This document shows positions 41,261 through 54,235 of a DNA stretch of 64,000 bases, piece by piece. Every line of letters begins with the position of its first letter. The stretch's first letter is position 1. A program made the translations under genes and the position numbers. The DNA is from Octopus vulgaris (Eukaryota), in contig OX597817.1 of the NCBI GenBank assembly GCA_951406725.2, positions 17,236,001 to 17,300,000 of the forward strand. Reading direction: 5' to 3'. Under the pieces are notes generated by a model, which was given only the letters and a program-made list of their open reading frames with translations, had not been told where the DNA came from and searched no databases.

Positions 41261-41844
41261 TTAAGGCAGCCTGACAATATTTTATGTGTGTATTTGCACA
41301 TGTATTCATTGTGTGTGAAAGAGAGAGAGGGAGTGTGTGTGTGTGTGTAAGAGTATGAAACTAGATATGCCAAGGTATTCTAATTTATAAGGGAGAAAAG
41401 GCAAAGTCTGAGGAAGCTAGTGATGATTAGCCTTGACAAAAGTAAGGAAAACAATTATCAAAATTTATCAATTAAGATTAGTTTCTATACCTTGTTCCTT
41501 AAAGAGAGGCGAGTCTTGAAGCTTCAGACAGTGCCCCACTTTGAAGAAATAAAATGCATGTTAGAAAAGCTATGAGAATGCCTTTCATAGCCATTCAATA
41601 CACCTGCGCTGTGTGTGTGTTTGTGTGTGCATGGCATCTTGGGCAAGTGTTTTTACCATAACTTCATATCAACCTGAGCCTTGTGAATGGTGCTGAGTAT
41701 AGGGGAAACTGTACACAAGCCCATCAGATGGAATGTACTAGTAATTAAAAAGCCCAGCTTTATTACACGTGTCCCACTGATTCTCCTTGAATCACGTTTG
41801 TGAAATACTCAGTCACTTTGCACGTTAATTCAATGAGTAGGTTG

Positions 41845-41968
41845 TTGTTATATCGCAATACTACACAGTGGCTGTGTGAGCTACGAAATCCTCATCACCA
41901 CTGTTATATCGCAATACTACACTGTGGCTGTGTGAGCATCTCATCCTCATCGCCACTGTTATATTGCA
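41845..41968. repeat. ~55 bp tandem repeat, about 2.3 units
   Basis: tgttatatcgcaatactacac.gtggctgtgtgagc repeated. Confidence 0.85.
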
Positions 41969-42386
41969 CGTTTGGATGACCTCTACTCAACTCCGACGTC
42001 TAGACTTCTCCCTCTGTATCTATGTATTGGGCTAGCCTACTTCATCGTCTGGGGATGTCCACACAACAGTTATCAAGTTCATCTAGCAGTTGGATGCTCA
42101 TATACCAAAATCAATGAATGATTTTACATACACATACACATATCATTTCAATGCTTTCACCTAAATTCTACCCATTACTCTCACTGTGTCTCATGGTGTC
42201 TGTTAGCTTCTCAGTCACAGTGTATATTCTCCTCTTGAAGTCATACAAACACACTAGAATTCCTCCACTCCCATACAAACAGGCAATAATTGAAAACCAA
42301 ACATGAGCTGCACTAATTTTGCAGTTATTTCAATATCTTAATCTCATAGGGCCAATAAATGGTTGTAGACAGTTCTCCATTTCAAT

Positions 42387-42408
42387 AAAAAAAATTTAAT
42401 TCAACCAA

Positions 42409-42450
<42 letters not shown>

Positions 42451-42462
42451 TTGGTTGAATTA

Positions 42463-42530
<68 letters not shown>

Positions 42531-42548
42531 TTGGTTGAATTAAATTTT

Positions 42549-42583
<35 letters not shown>
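42387..42583. repeat. Palindrome centred on (TA)n with a duplicated right arm
   Basis: aattcaaccaagaa-(TA)n-ttcttggttgaatt-(TA)n-ttcttggttgaatt. Confidence 0.9.
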
Positions 42584-42584
<1 letters not shown>

Positions 42585-43520
42585 AGATCATATGTGAAAA
42601 GGGTTGTTCAAAAGCTCATAGATTATTCTAGAATTTACAAATAATTTCTTTCATATAAGAAGAAATCTAGATAGAAACTAGACCAGTTTCAGTATTAAGA
42701 ACTACCAAAAATGTTACAGATTTGCAATTAAGAACAGATCTTAAACAATTTTGATTTTATATCAACATTCATTTTATAATCTTTTCTCCCATATCTCTGT
42801 GTATATGTACAAGAACCTCTGTGTATGAGTGTATATGAGTATGTGTGCATATATTGGGAGGTAGTCAGTATATAAAAATAAAGTATTCATTTACATCCAG
42901 TGTTTATGTTAAATGCAAGAAAGATATGAAATTTCGTGCAACATGGGAATTACTTGTTCTAGATTCTTCCCATAACAGAAGGCCAGTGGTAACAAATCTA
43001 TTCATGATGAAAGATCAAAATACAGATACACAGAGCTGAGAGAAAATAAAATAAGCTCTGAACGGTCATAGGAACATTAAAGCAATGGATGTTGTTTTGT
43101 CATCATTATCACAACAAACCCATTTACTTACACATTCCAAATCACTGGTTCCCAGTGTGTGTGTGTGTGTGTTGCTCCTACATAGAAGATGGGCTTACTT
43201 TAAAGAGTTGTTGGTTTTATTGTTAGTCCTCTAGAACTTGTTCTGTCATTCCATTTTGCTGAGTTGCATGACCTATTCTTCCGCATGACACTATGGGTAG
43301 AGGCCATCAAAAGAGTAGGTGAAAAACCATGGAAGCAGTGGAGTGAAAATGTTTGGAAATTACTAGTCTAGACTTAACATCTGTAGCTTCAATTATAATA
43401 CGAGGGTCATAGCACAGCTGGTGGAAAATAAATAAATAGAAGAGATGGCTAGTAAGTGGGAGATATATTTAGGAAAGGAGAGACTATGGTAGTAGCAGAG
43501 AAACATTGGAAATATATTCT

Positions 43521-43729
43521 ACTCTTCTACTTGTTTCAGTCATTTGACTGCGGCCATGCTGGAGCACCGCCTTTAGTCGAGCAAATGGACCCCGGGACTT
43601 ATTCTTTGTAAGCCCAGTACTTATTCTATCGGTCTCTTTTACCGAACCGCTAAGTGACAGGGACGTAAACATACCAGCATCGGTTGTCAAGCAATGCTAG
43701 GGGGACAAACACAGACACACAACCACACA

Positions 43730-43779
<50 letters not shown>

Positions 43780-43945
43780 TACGACAGGCTTCTTTCAGTT
43801 TCCGTCTACCAAATCCACTCACAAGGCATTGGTCGGCTCGGGGCTATAGCAGTAGACACTTGCCCAAGATGCCATGCAGTGGGACTGAACCCGGAACCAT
43901 GTGGTTGGTTAGCAAGCTACTTACCACACAGCCACTCCTGCACCT
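43521..43945 (-). mobile_element. SINE family A
   Basis: Full-length match. Confidence 0.92.
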
Positions 43946-44315
43946 AATAAAATGTCTTCAAAAAGACCCAAATTTATTCAAATGTCTAAGTTTTCTTTTA
44001 CTCAATACCCTACAAATATATTACTTCAGATCATATATTTACTAAAAAGTTATGCTCACCTCACTAATCAATATTCTAAAAATACAGTAAAACACCTTTA
44101 GAATTAGCTTTTATACTTCCGAACGAAAATAATATAAATCAAATCATATACTCATATTTTTAATTTACCACATAGCTAAATAATATACACTGGCCTCTTC
44201 AAGTTTTCATCATTGAATATGATTTCAATGACAACTACTTATATCGTAGATGGCATCCCTTTCGAATTTAATTAGTAACTATTCTCTTGCAATTTATAAG
44301 ATTTACTTAATAATT

Positions 44316-44623
44316 CATGTGATCATGTGACCGACCAGTCCATCAGATGTTTTACACATCGCTGGTCACGATGCGTTCGCATTGTTTTAGCCTTCGAATG
44401 ACGCCACCCCGCTTGGCTAAGCGAGCAGGCCAACAGAAGAAAGAGTGATAGAAAGAGTGGTGAAAGAGTACAGCAGGGATCACCACCATCCCCTGACGGA
44501 GCCTCATGGAGCTCTTAGGTGTTTTCGCTCAATAAACACTCACAACACCCGGTCTGGGAATCGAAACCACGATCCTACGACCGCGAATCCGCTGCCCTAA
44601 CCACTGGACCATTGCGCCTCCAC
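44316..44623 (-). mobile_element. SINE family B, tail type 2
   Basis: Matches 38650-38966; 11 bp TSD acttaataatt. Confidence 0.92.
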
Positions 44624-44952
44624 ACTTAATAATTAAACTCACCAAATACTTCAGTAAGTTATGGAAAGGATATGATTTGCCGATTAGATTTCTAAAAAAT
44701 GCAAAAGAAAAAATAATGGCAAAATGCATCCAAAACTGTTTTCACTGTTTGCTGATAACAATGGTACTATTCATCTATAATTTACCATTTGGCACATAAC
44801 TGAACATAACTTTAGGATTTAAGGTTCAAAACTTAACTATGCTTTTATTTACATATCAGTCTATAAGATGATAGTACAATACTTGATGCAACTAGCCATT
44901 TTAATTATGTTGCATGGAAGTAAGTCAGGATCTAGGTGTTACTAACAAAGGT

Positions 44953-45347
44953 AGGCGCAGGAGTGGCTGTGTGGTAAGTAGCTTGCTAACCAACCACATC
45001 GTTCCGGGTTCAGTCCCACTGTGTGGCATCTTGGGCAAGTGTCTTCTGCTATAGCCCTGGGCCGACCAATGCCTTGTGAGTGGATTTGGTAGATGGAAAC
45101 TGAAAGAAGCCTGTCGTATATATGTATATATGTATGTGTGTGTGTGTTTGTGTGTGTTTGTCCCCCTAGCATTGCTTGATAACCGATGCTGGTGTGTTTA
45201 CGTCCCCGTCACTTAGCGGTTCGGCAAAAGAGACCGATAGAATAAGTACTGGGCTTACAAAGAATAAGTCCCGGGGTCGATTTGCTCGACTAAAGGCAGT
45301 GCTCCAGCATGGCCGCAGTCAAATGACTGAAACAAGTAAAAGAGAGT
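44953..45347 (+). mobile_element. SINE family A
   Basis: Full-length match. Confidence 0.92.
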
Positions 45348-46904
45348 AGATGTATCATCATCGCTTAGCATCTACTTTCCATGCTTGCACGGATCAGCCA
45401 GAATTTGTGAAGGCAGATTTTCTACAGTCAGATTCCCTTTCTATCCCCAACCCTTACCTGTTTCCAAGTAAGGTAATATTTCCCTGAAGCTGGGCATATT
45501 TTCATGGGAAAATGTTCCTTTTTCTTTTCTTTTTTTCCTAAATATGTCACTGAATAAAAAAAACAGGCATCTAGAGAGAAAAACAATTTATTGTGGTACA
45601 TATTTGGTTACAATAACAGCTCAATTTCTACAAAATTTGAGTCAAGCCAATGAAGCCCTTCAGTTTCTTTTAAAAACATTTAATTATGATTCTGCAAGTT
45701 CCAAAGCATGAAATTTCAACAGAATGTTTTTAAAGAACTGCTGTCAAAAAGATTTTATAAATTAGAGGTTGTGAAGCATTCCAGCTGTTCATAGTGCAAA
45801 GTAATCCATCCATGACCCTTGCTATATACAAACCACAAGCTGTTATAAGAGTGAACGAGAGGCCCACTATGTAGCTGCTTAAAGTGCTGCATATGGCAGC
45901 TAAATCTTCCTCAGATTTCACCATAACTTAAATAGGGAACACAGGCACATATTGAATAACATCATTCCATATGTACTAAGTTTGGGAAAAAAGAAGACAG
46001 GATGTTCAATACTGGACATCTTTGATCATAAATCTGCTCATTCAGGATGGACCTGGGCTAAACAATAACAACAACAAATCAACATAACTACAGGAACAAG
46101 AAACACTAACTGGGTCTATATATGTATTTAGCATCCTTTATTGCATTGAGAGAATAGAAAAACCAAATAAGAAGTTGTCTGATAAAATCACATCTTTCAG
46201 TTAGAGTGATTCACAAAAGACGCACCTAAAGACATTTTCTATGCCACAGCTGTAGTGCAAACAAACTTTTTTGTCTAAATGCCGCTTAAACTGTAAACCA
46301 AGGGCAAGACTGGCTCTAGCAACAGTGCAAACAGCAGCCACTACTTACTTTATTTGATTAGCAATGTGGCATACATTTTGGAGTGAAAAGTGTTGTCAGT
46401 TCATACACCCAAGTTCTACAAAATCATATAAATTATAATGCTTAAACACCATCTTCCCTTTTAATAGGCTTGTGTGGCCTTCACAATACTGGTGAAATTT
46501 TCTAACATATCAGATCTCAGAATAGCCAACATACACTTCACAAAAAAGTTCTAAAAGCCAAGTTAAATAACAGATGAGAACTGGAATAGTCATGAAGTTT
46601 CAATCTACCAATAATACCTTATCTGAGAAAGGAATTTTAATTCCAAAAACACAGACTATTAATCATCATCAGTTTCTTTTAACATCCACTTTTCAATGCT
46701 AATAAGAAGAAATAGATTTTTCCTATGTTTGTTAACTTTCACTTATTTCCAAGTAAAGTAACATTTCCCTTCGATCAGACATGTTTTAAATGGAAGATTG
46801 GAAATGAAGGACACCAACTGTATCACAGTGACACTTGTTTACAACCATCACACAATGTCAAGGCAAGGAAACTGTAACATACATGCATATATACTTGTCT
46901 ATAT

Positions 46905-47361
46905 GAGATGCTTTCTCAATATGGATACTGCAATTGTCTGGCTTTCTACAGTACAGCCAGGTTAAGTAAGATATACAAAATGCTATTTTAAACTAATACT
47001 GCTTCTGTTGTTAATAGCAAAATTTTACCTGGCCTCCTGGTTATTTGCCATACCAGTGATTTGTTGATCACTGTTTTTCTATATTAGTAGATGCAAAATT
47101 TTCTAAGCAATTTCCTAAGGATGCTTGCCACTAATGATGGTCAAAGAAGCAGAAATGTGAATTTAACAGTTCTACTGCCACAACTGGATGATTTTTGTCT
47201 ACTGCTGATATACTTCTGTGCTTTTTAACATTATACATCTGTACAAGATGCTTTCTTGAGGTGAATACCGCAGTTGCCTGGCTTTCTACAGTATATCCAC
47301 ACTAAGTAAGATAAGCAGAATGCTATTTTGAACTAATGCTGTTTCCATCATTAATACCAAA
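46905..47361. repeat. Diverged ~115 bp direct repeat with ~340 bp period
   Basis: agatgctttct...tggctttctacagta...taagtaagata...aatgctatttt.aactaat at 46905 and 47244. Confidence 0.75.
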
Positions 47362-48449
47362 TAAAGATATACACAATGGGCTTCTTTCAGTGTCCGTCTA
47401 CTAAATTCACTCATAAGGCTTTGGTTGGCCTGGGGCTATAGTAAAAAACATTTAGCCAAGGTACCATGCAATGGGACTGAACTTGAAACCACATGCGTGG
47501 AATACCACACAGTCACAACAGCACCTAATATACATACAAAAGTTAAGATCAACACTTTGGGTAATATAGTTCTCAATACATTATGCCTAAATGAAAATTA
47601 AAGATGGTCATAACTGGAATGCTTTCGATCATAAGCTTGCTTGATCAGCACAGACTTGGGAGCTAAACAACAACAACAACAATATATTACAACTCTAAAA
47701 CTTCGGAAAAATAGAAAACACACACACAATATTTGGACATAGGAATCCATTTTATGTTTAAAACATTCTTGCTATATTTCTGGTCAAGGTGTTGAGGAGT
47801 TTACTTTGCAATCATAGAGTCTCAAGTTCAACCCCGCTTTCTGATATCTTGGTCAGTTCTCTTATCACAGCCTCAGATCAAAAAAGCCTTGTATGTGATA
47901 TTACTTAGATGGAGACTGTTTGGAAAACTCACTCCCATCAGATGAATTGTACTGTTATTCAAAGGTCCAGCCTTGTCATGTTGTGTTAAGCTGATTGACC
48001 TGACAATTAAAAACTGGCACTCCATCAGTCACAGCGATGAGGGTTCTAGCACATGCAATCAACAGAACATCCTGCTTGTAAAATTAACATGCAAGTGGCT
48101 GAGCACTCCACAGACATGCATACCCCCTAATGTAGTTCTCATTGATATTCAACATGACAACAGAATGTGACAAGGCTGGCCCTTTGAAAAACAGGTACTA
48201 CTCATTTTTATCAGCTGAGTGGACTGAAAACAATGTGAAATAAAGTGTCTTGCTCAAGGATACAACATGCTGCCAGGAATTGAACTCAGGACTTTATGAC
48301 TGTGAGCTGATTACCCTAAACTCTAAGCCACATGCCTCCCCTATCTGAGAATTTCACTTGGAGTACACACTTCTGAAGAATATTCATCCACTTACATGTC
48401 AATGTTCATTTGGTTTGAACACTGAATGCTCAGAATTAAAACCAACAGT

Positions 48450-48833
48450 TGGAAGCACTCTGTCGGTTACGACGACGAGGGTTCTGGTTGATCCGATCAA
48501 CGGAACAGCCTGCTCGTGAAATTAACGTGTAAGTGGCTGAGCACTCCACAGACACGTGTACCCTTAACGTAGTTCTCGGGGATATTCAGCGTGACACAGA
48601 GAGTGACAAGGCCGGCCCTTTGAAATACAGGTACAACAGAAACAGGAAGTAAGAGTGAGAGAAAGTTGTGGTGAAAGAGTACAGCAGGGATCACCACCAT
48701 CCCCTGCCGGAGCCTCGTGGAGTTTTAGGTGTTTTCACTCAATAAACACTCACAACGCCCGGTCTGGGAATCGAAACCGCGATCCTACGACTGCGAGTTC
48801 GCTGCCCTAACCACTGGGCCATTGCACCTCCAC
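48450..48833 (-). mobile_element. SINE family B, tail type 1
   Basis: Highly similar to 37021-37408; 13 bp TSD taaaaccaacagt. Confidence 0.92.
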
Positions 48834-50290
48834 TAAAACCAACAGTGGATCCATCTTATTTCTGGTAGATTATTTCTTCAATCATCTCCAGGTCTCTTTA
48901 CACAGACCCAAAATTATTTTGTGTCTGTATAAGAAACATTTGATAAAACTGGATCACTGTATACTCTATCTTTTCATTATTTGGTATACTTACCATAATG
49001 CTATCTTTTCTGGGTTTTTTTTATATATATTTACCTTATGCATTCCTCTATTTTTCACATTTCTCACTTTTGGGTGGAGATATGTTGACACCCTGTGTAA
49101 TTATAACTTACAACATTTGAAAATCTGTCTCTCTCTCTCATTCTCTCTCTCTCTGTGTGCGTGTGTGTTCTGCTTTGTTTCAGTCAAAATAAAAACAAGT
49201 GCCAGTAATACTAATGTTAAAGTCAGCCAAATTTAAGAAATGGTTTCCCAGAAATGATTTCCTAAAAAAATGTCTGATGTTTAGTCAAATGAAATCTATA
49301 AATGCCGCTATTAACACTATCATATACCTATTGACAACATTGTAGGTAATTCCGTTAGTAGAATTTTCATGAAAATATCAGCAAATAGCCCAATTACATG
49401 TACTTCGCATCTAAATATCCTTTATTTCTTCCTTGATTTACCAACAATGGTGTTAAGTGGGTTCACATTTACAAGGTTATATAATTCCTGAATTGGGTGA
49501 TGTGTCATTGAGTTTCATTACACATTGAACCAGTTTAATCAGCTGAAAATGAACATTTCACTGCATCAAAGGGTGGAAGCACCAAGAGAAAATTTATGTG
49601 TGTTTGCTACTACACAGGCATGTAAAACAAGGCCCTTGCCGCCAACTCGCTTGTGAGTGACAGCTATAAAGGTGATAGAACAGGTGGTTGTGTAAGCAGA
49701 ACTATAAAGGCCCACTGCGCAATAACAAAATACTCTTTAATTATACCAGGCTCCCATTACTTACAGTGCCTACTCTTAATATCATTTTCCAAGTAGGTAA
49801 ACAGGGCAAGGAAGAGTTTAATACCATGGATAAAAACAGAGCAACTGCTGACAAGTTATGAACAATTGCGTTTGGCTAAATATACAATACAATGCAATCA
49901 ACACTATCAGTAGCAAATCACTTTTGATAATTGATTTATTGTTAAAAACCAGGACCTAATCTAACTGCACTCGGGATCTGCACCAACAATTAAACATATA
50001 TACAAATAACAATCCATAATAAATAAGTAATAAGAACAGAATATATCTAGATATCTGTCTGAGGCAGGGCAGTAGGGTCAAAAGAAAATGCTGTGAAATA
50101 CAGTATAGTATTCTTGGCTAATTTTGTTAGTTATGTGGCATGTGGAATGTAAATTATATTAATTGACAGTTGACATTAAAGAGCAAAAGATTAATGACAA
50201 GGCAAGGAGTCTAAGAGAAGTGCTTATTAATAATAGTTTAAATTAGTAAGCTTCAAAGTGATTTGATTTCAAAAATATCTGTATACAGTA

Positions 50291-50520
50291 GAGGCGCAAT
50301 GGCCTAGTGGTTAGGGCAGCGGACTCGCGGTCGCAGGATCGCGGTTTCGATTCTCAGACCGGGCGTTGTGTGTGTTTATTGAGCGAAAACACCTAAAAGC
50401 TCTACGAGGCTCCGGCAGGGGGTGGTGATCCCTGCTGTACTCTTTCACCACAATGGCAGTGCCCCAGCATGGCCACAGCTCAAGAGCTGAAACTGGAAAA
50501 ACAAAAAAAAACAAAAAAAA
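50291..50520 (+). mobile_element. SINE family B, tail type 3 (family A-like tail)
   Basis: B head joined to ggcagtgccccagcatggccacagctcaagagctgaaac and an A-rich tail. Confidence 0.88.
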
Positions 50521-51691
50521 CACTAAACTGGGTATTTTAAGAGATAGCTTGCATTCTTACTCTGCTAACCTGAAGGTGCATAGAAAGAAAAAAAAAATCA
50601 CTCAAACTAGAATTTCATACATAGATACATACTTAATGGCTTCTGTTGCTTTCTTTTAAACAGAAGCTTTTAAGAATAAGTAAACAGATGTTTACTACAG
50701 TGCATATATGATTGTGTAGGTAAGAAATCATCATTACAACCACATGCTTGAGGGTTCAATCTCAGCATGCAGTAACTTGAGCAAATGTCTTTTACCATGA
50801 CCTTAGGTTGACCAAATGTGTTCTATTATAACCTTAGATTGACCAAATGTCTTCTGAGTGGAACTTGCTAAATGGAATCCATGAGGAACCTCATCATATG
50901 TATTCAGAGGGAAATATAAACATTGGCAAGAAAACCAATATCAAAGTACTTTCAAGTAAAAATATTTCCTGGTATTTGCTCTGTTTGCATTCCATAGACA
51001 CTTCCTTGTTACTGTCGCTATCATAAACGCAATGAACCAGTGACCAACCTGTTGAAAACCTGCAACTAATGATATTGGTCACGAAATGCAATGTAAAACA
51101 TAAATACACACACTAATTCTTGTTCAAGAAAATTAATCATAATTTCAGTAATATCTATAAGATAAATCACTTCACTTGATTTTAATGGCATTAGAAGGTT
51201 TGCTGAGGGATATTTCGCTGGTATGTTGAACAGATTGAGGTATTATGTTGATACTCCTTTACTGGCTATCTCAGTGAACTTAATCTGTTCAAATAGAGTT
51301 TACCATAGATACTGAATAGCAACTGCCTCCTGGTTTGTTAAGTACCAGTTGAATTAGATTGATTATATTAATCATAATTATACTCCCAAATACACTACAG
51401 TTTTTCCTAGCTGTAAGTTTAAGCCCACAAACTATTGAGTATCAGTGAAATATATGCTCAGTTTGATCAGCACTCTGGTTGTAGTGAGAGCACACTGTCC
51501 TTATTCTGGAATCTTCTCATATGCACTTTCCTTTTCAAAGATAAGATATAAAATACATAAAATTTCTCATGAAATATGCCAATCCTAAGTGGGCCTTCCT
51601 ACACTTCCTCAAGTAATTTGAAACAGTGTAATCCACACCACAACAAACCATATACCCAGTGAAACAAGAGACTCATGAGTACATATATATA

Positions 51692-51821
51692 TTTCCGACG
51701 AAGAGCTCCGCTCGAGACATTAAATTTCCTTCTTCCCTTCTTTCCTGAGCGTCCAATAATACTTTATTTGTTCCATGTCCTCGCGTTGTTGTGCTTTTCA
51801 TGTTTTCTTGTTTGAATTAAC

Positions 51822-51822
<1 letters not shown>
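51692..51822 (+). mobile_element. Truncated copy of the same hammerhead-bearing repeat, core mutated
   Basis: ccgacga-agagctccgctc-gaga; aligns to the reverse complement of 56725-56861; flanked by TA repeats. Confidence 0.6.
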
Positions 51823-51895
<73 letters not shown>

Positions 51896-52534
51896 ATAAT
51901 TTTAATGCCCACTTTTCTATGCTTGCATGGGTTGGATGGAATTTATTGAAGTAGATTTTCTGTGCCCAGATAACCTTCCTGTCACCAATCCGGTTTCCAA
52001 GTAAGATTTCTCATGGCTAGACATGTTCTTGCAATACTTTGGAATTTGACAATACTGCTTGTATGAGAGTGACAATCATTTTACAACTACCATGCAATGA
52101 CAAGACAAGGAGATACAAACATACACTCACACACATTGGAGTAATATAAGATAAAGTGCCAGGAATTGAACTCATGACCTTATGATCATGAGCCAAATAC
52201 CCTTACCACTGAGCCACACAACTTTACTTAATTTTTTTTTAAATACAATAAATGGCCATAGCTAGCCAACTTTATCTCATACAGCCGCTGTAAATATATG
52301 TGAAATCATCAGCAAATATCAAAAAGTATCGGTCATAAGAGCAGATAGTGTGGAACAGAGATATCTTTTTTAATGGTTCTACCTGTCTAAGTAGGTTTAT
52401 TACCAGGAAACAGATACAGATAACCTAGAAGTCTTTACTTGGCTGCCTTTAGTGCTACATCATCATAGTTCAACACTGGAAACCTTTTTGCATACCATAA
52501 AGAAACATGTTGATAGGAGCAATTGATCGTATGT

Positions 52535-52536
<2 letters not shown>

Positions 52537-52586
<50 letters not shown>

Positions 52587-53142
52587 TATATACATATATA
52601 AATACACACACATATATACACACGTATATATACACACATATATATATATACACACATATATATATACACACATATATATATATACACACATATATACACA
52701 CACATATATACACACACATATACATACACACATATACATACACACATATATACATATATATATACACACATATATACACATATATACATATACATATATA
52801 TACACACATATATACATACATATATATATATATACATATATATATATACATATACATACATATATATACACACACATATATACACACACATATATATACA
52901 CACACATATATATACACACACATATATATATATACACACATATATGTATACATATATATATATACATACACACACATATATATACATATATACATATACA
53001 TACACACACATATATATACATATATACATATACACACACACATATACATATATATATACACACACACATATATACATACATATATACATACATACATACT
53101 TATATATACCCATCGTATGTATATGTTTATATATATATATAT
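52537..53142. repeat. Compound (TA)n/(CA)n microsatellite, ~600 bp
   Basis: Direct reading. Confidence 0.97.
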
Positions 53143-53629
53143 AGACCCATCATCTCCAGCGTGGAAGAACCTCTGTATAAAATACCCTGGTTACTTTCTC
53201 ACATCCTCAAGACCATACTCTCCACCTTTCCTGGACACGTCAAGAACTCCGACTAAGTCGTCAAAAGAGTGCACCAATTTCCCCTAGACCAACTCAAGCA
53301 AAACAAATATGCCTTTAGTCTTGATGTTGTCTCAATGTACACGACGGTGCCAGCACACTCGGCAGTCAACCTATTGACTGACTGCATAATAGCGCCCGAC
53401 ATCCTATGCTTCAGACTTACTGCAGCTGATATATGTCAACTTTTGTCCATCATCAGGGGACAACACCTACTTCTCTTTCCAGGACCACATATACAAACAG
53501 ACAACTGGTCTCCCATGGGATCCAGTCTCTCGGGCCTTCTAGCATCACTTATATGAACCACCTGGAATGTCGAGCACTCAACATTTGCCACTCATGCGCC
53601 TTCTTCACCAGGTATGTAGATAATAATAC
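53143..53629 (+). mobile_element. Penelope-like RT fragment, second family, decayed
   Basis: RPIISS, FSLDVVSMYTTVP, YKQTTG.PMGSSLSGLLA, RYVDN across a stop and frameshifts. Confidence 0.85.
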
Positions 53630-53646
53630 ATATATTATTATAATAC

Positions 53647-54056
53647 AGGTGCAGGAGTGGCTGTGTGGTAAGTAGCTTGCTTACCAACCACATGGTTCCG
53701 GGTTCAGTCCCACTGCATGGCACCTTGGGCAAGTGTCTTCTGCTATAGCCCCGGGCTGACCAATGCCTTGTGAGTGGATTTGGTAGACGGAAACTGAAAG
53801 AAGCCCGTCGTATATATGTATATATATATATGTATGTGTGTGTGTGTTTGTGTGTCTGTGTTTGTTCCCCTAGCATTGCTTGACAACCGATGCTGGTGTG
53901 TTTACGTCCCCGTCACTTAGCGGTTCGGCAAAAGAGACCGATAGAATAAGTACTGGGCTTACAATAGAATAAGTCCTGGGGTCGAGTTGCTCGATTAAAG
54001 GTGGTGCTCCAGCATGGCCGCAGTCAAATGACTGAAACAAGTAAAAGAGTAAAGAG
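53647..54056 (+). mobile_element. SINE family A
   Basis: Full-length match. Confidence 0.92.
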
Positions 54057-54235
54057 ATATATATACATATATATATGTATTATTATTTAATTAAATGCCA
54101 CGCATCCATTTCCAAGTAAGTTTATTGTAATCTTTTTGATGCAACTCAACTCTATACTGTTTTCTCCCCACTCCTTTTCTCCCATTCACCGTTTTCTATC
54201 TCTCCCTCTCTCTCTCCCAAACCTTCTCCTTTTTA

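Noticed and set aside
41490-41537. Candidate small minus-strand exon near 41490-41540 (aag acceptor, AAG|gtatag donor)
   Set aside because: In-frame stop in the phase needed to join exon 2 and no amphiphysin similarity.
52435-53142. Long YIYI/VCVC ORFs (also 59926-60828)
   Set aside because: Translations of dinucleotide microsatellites.
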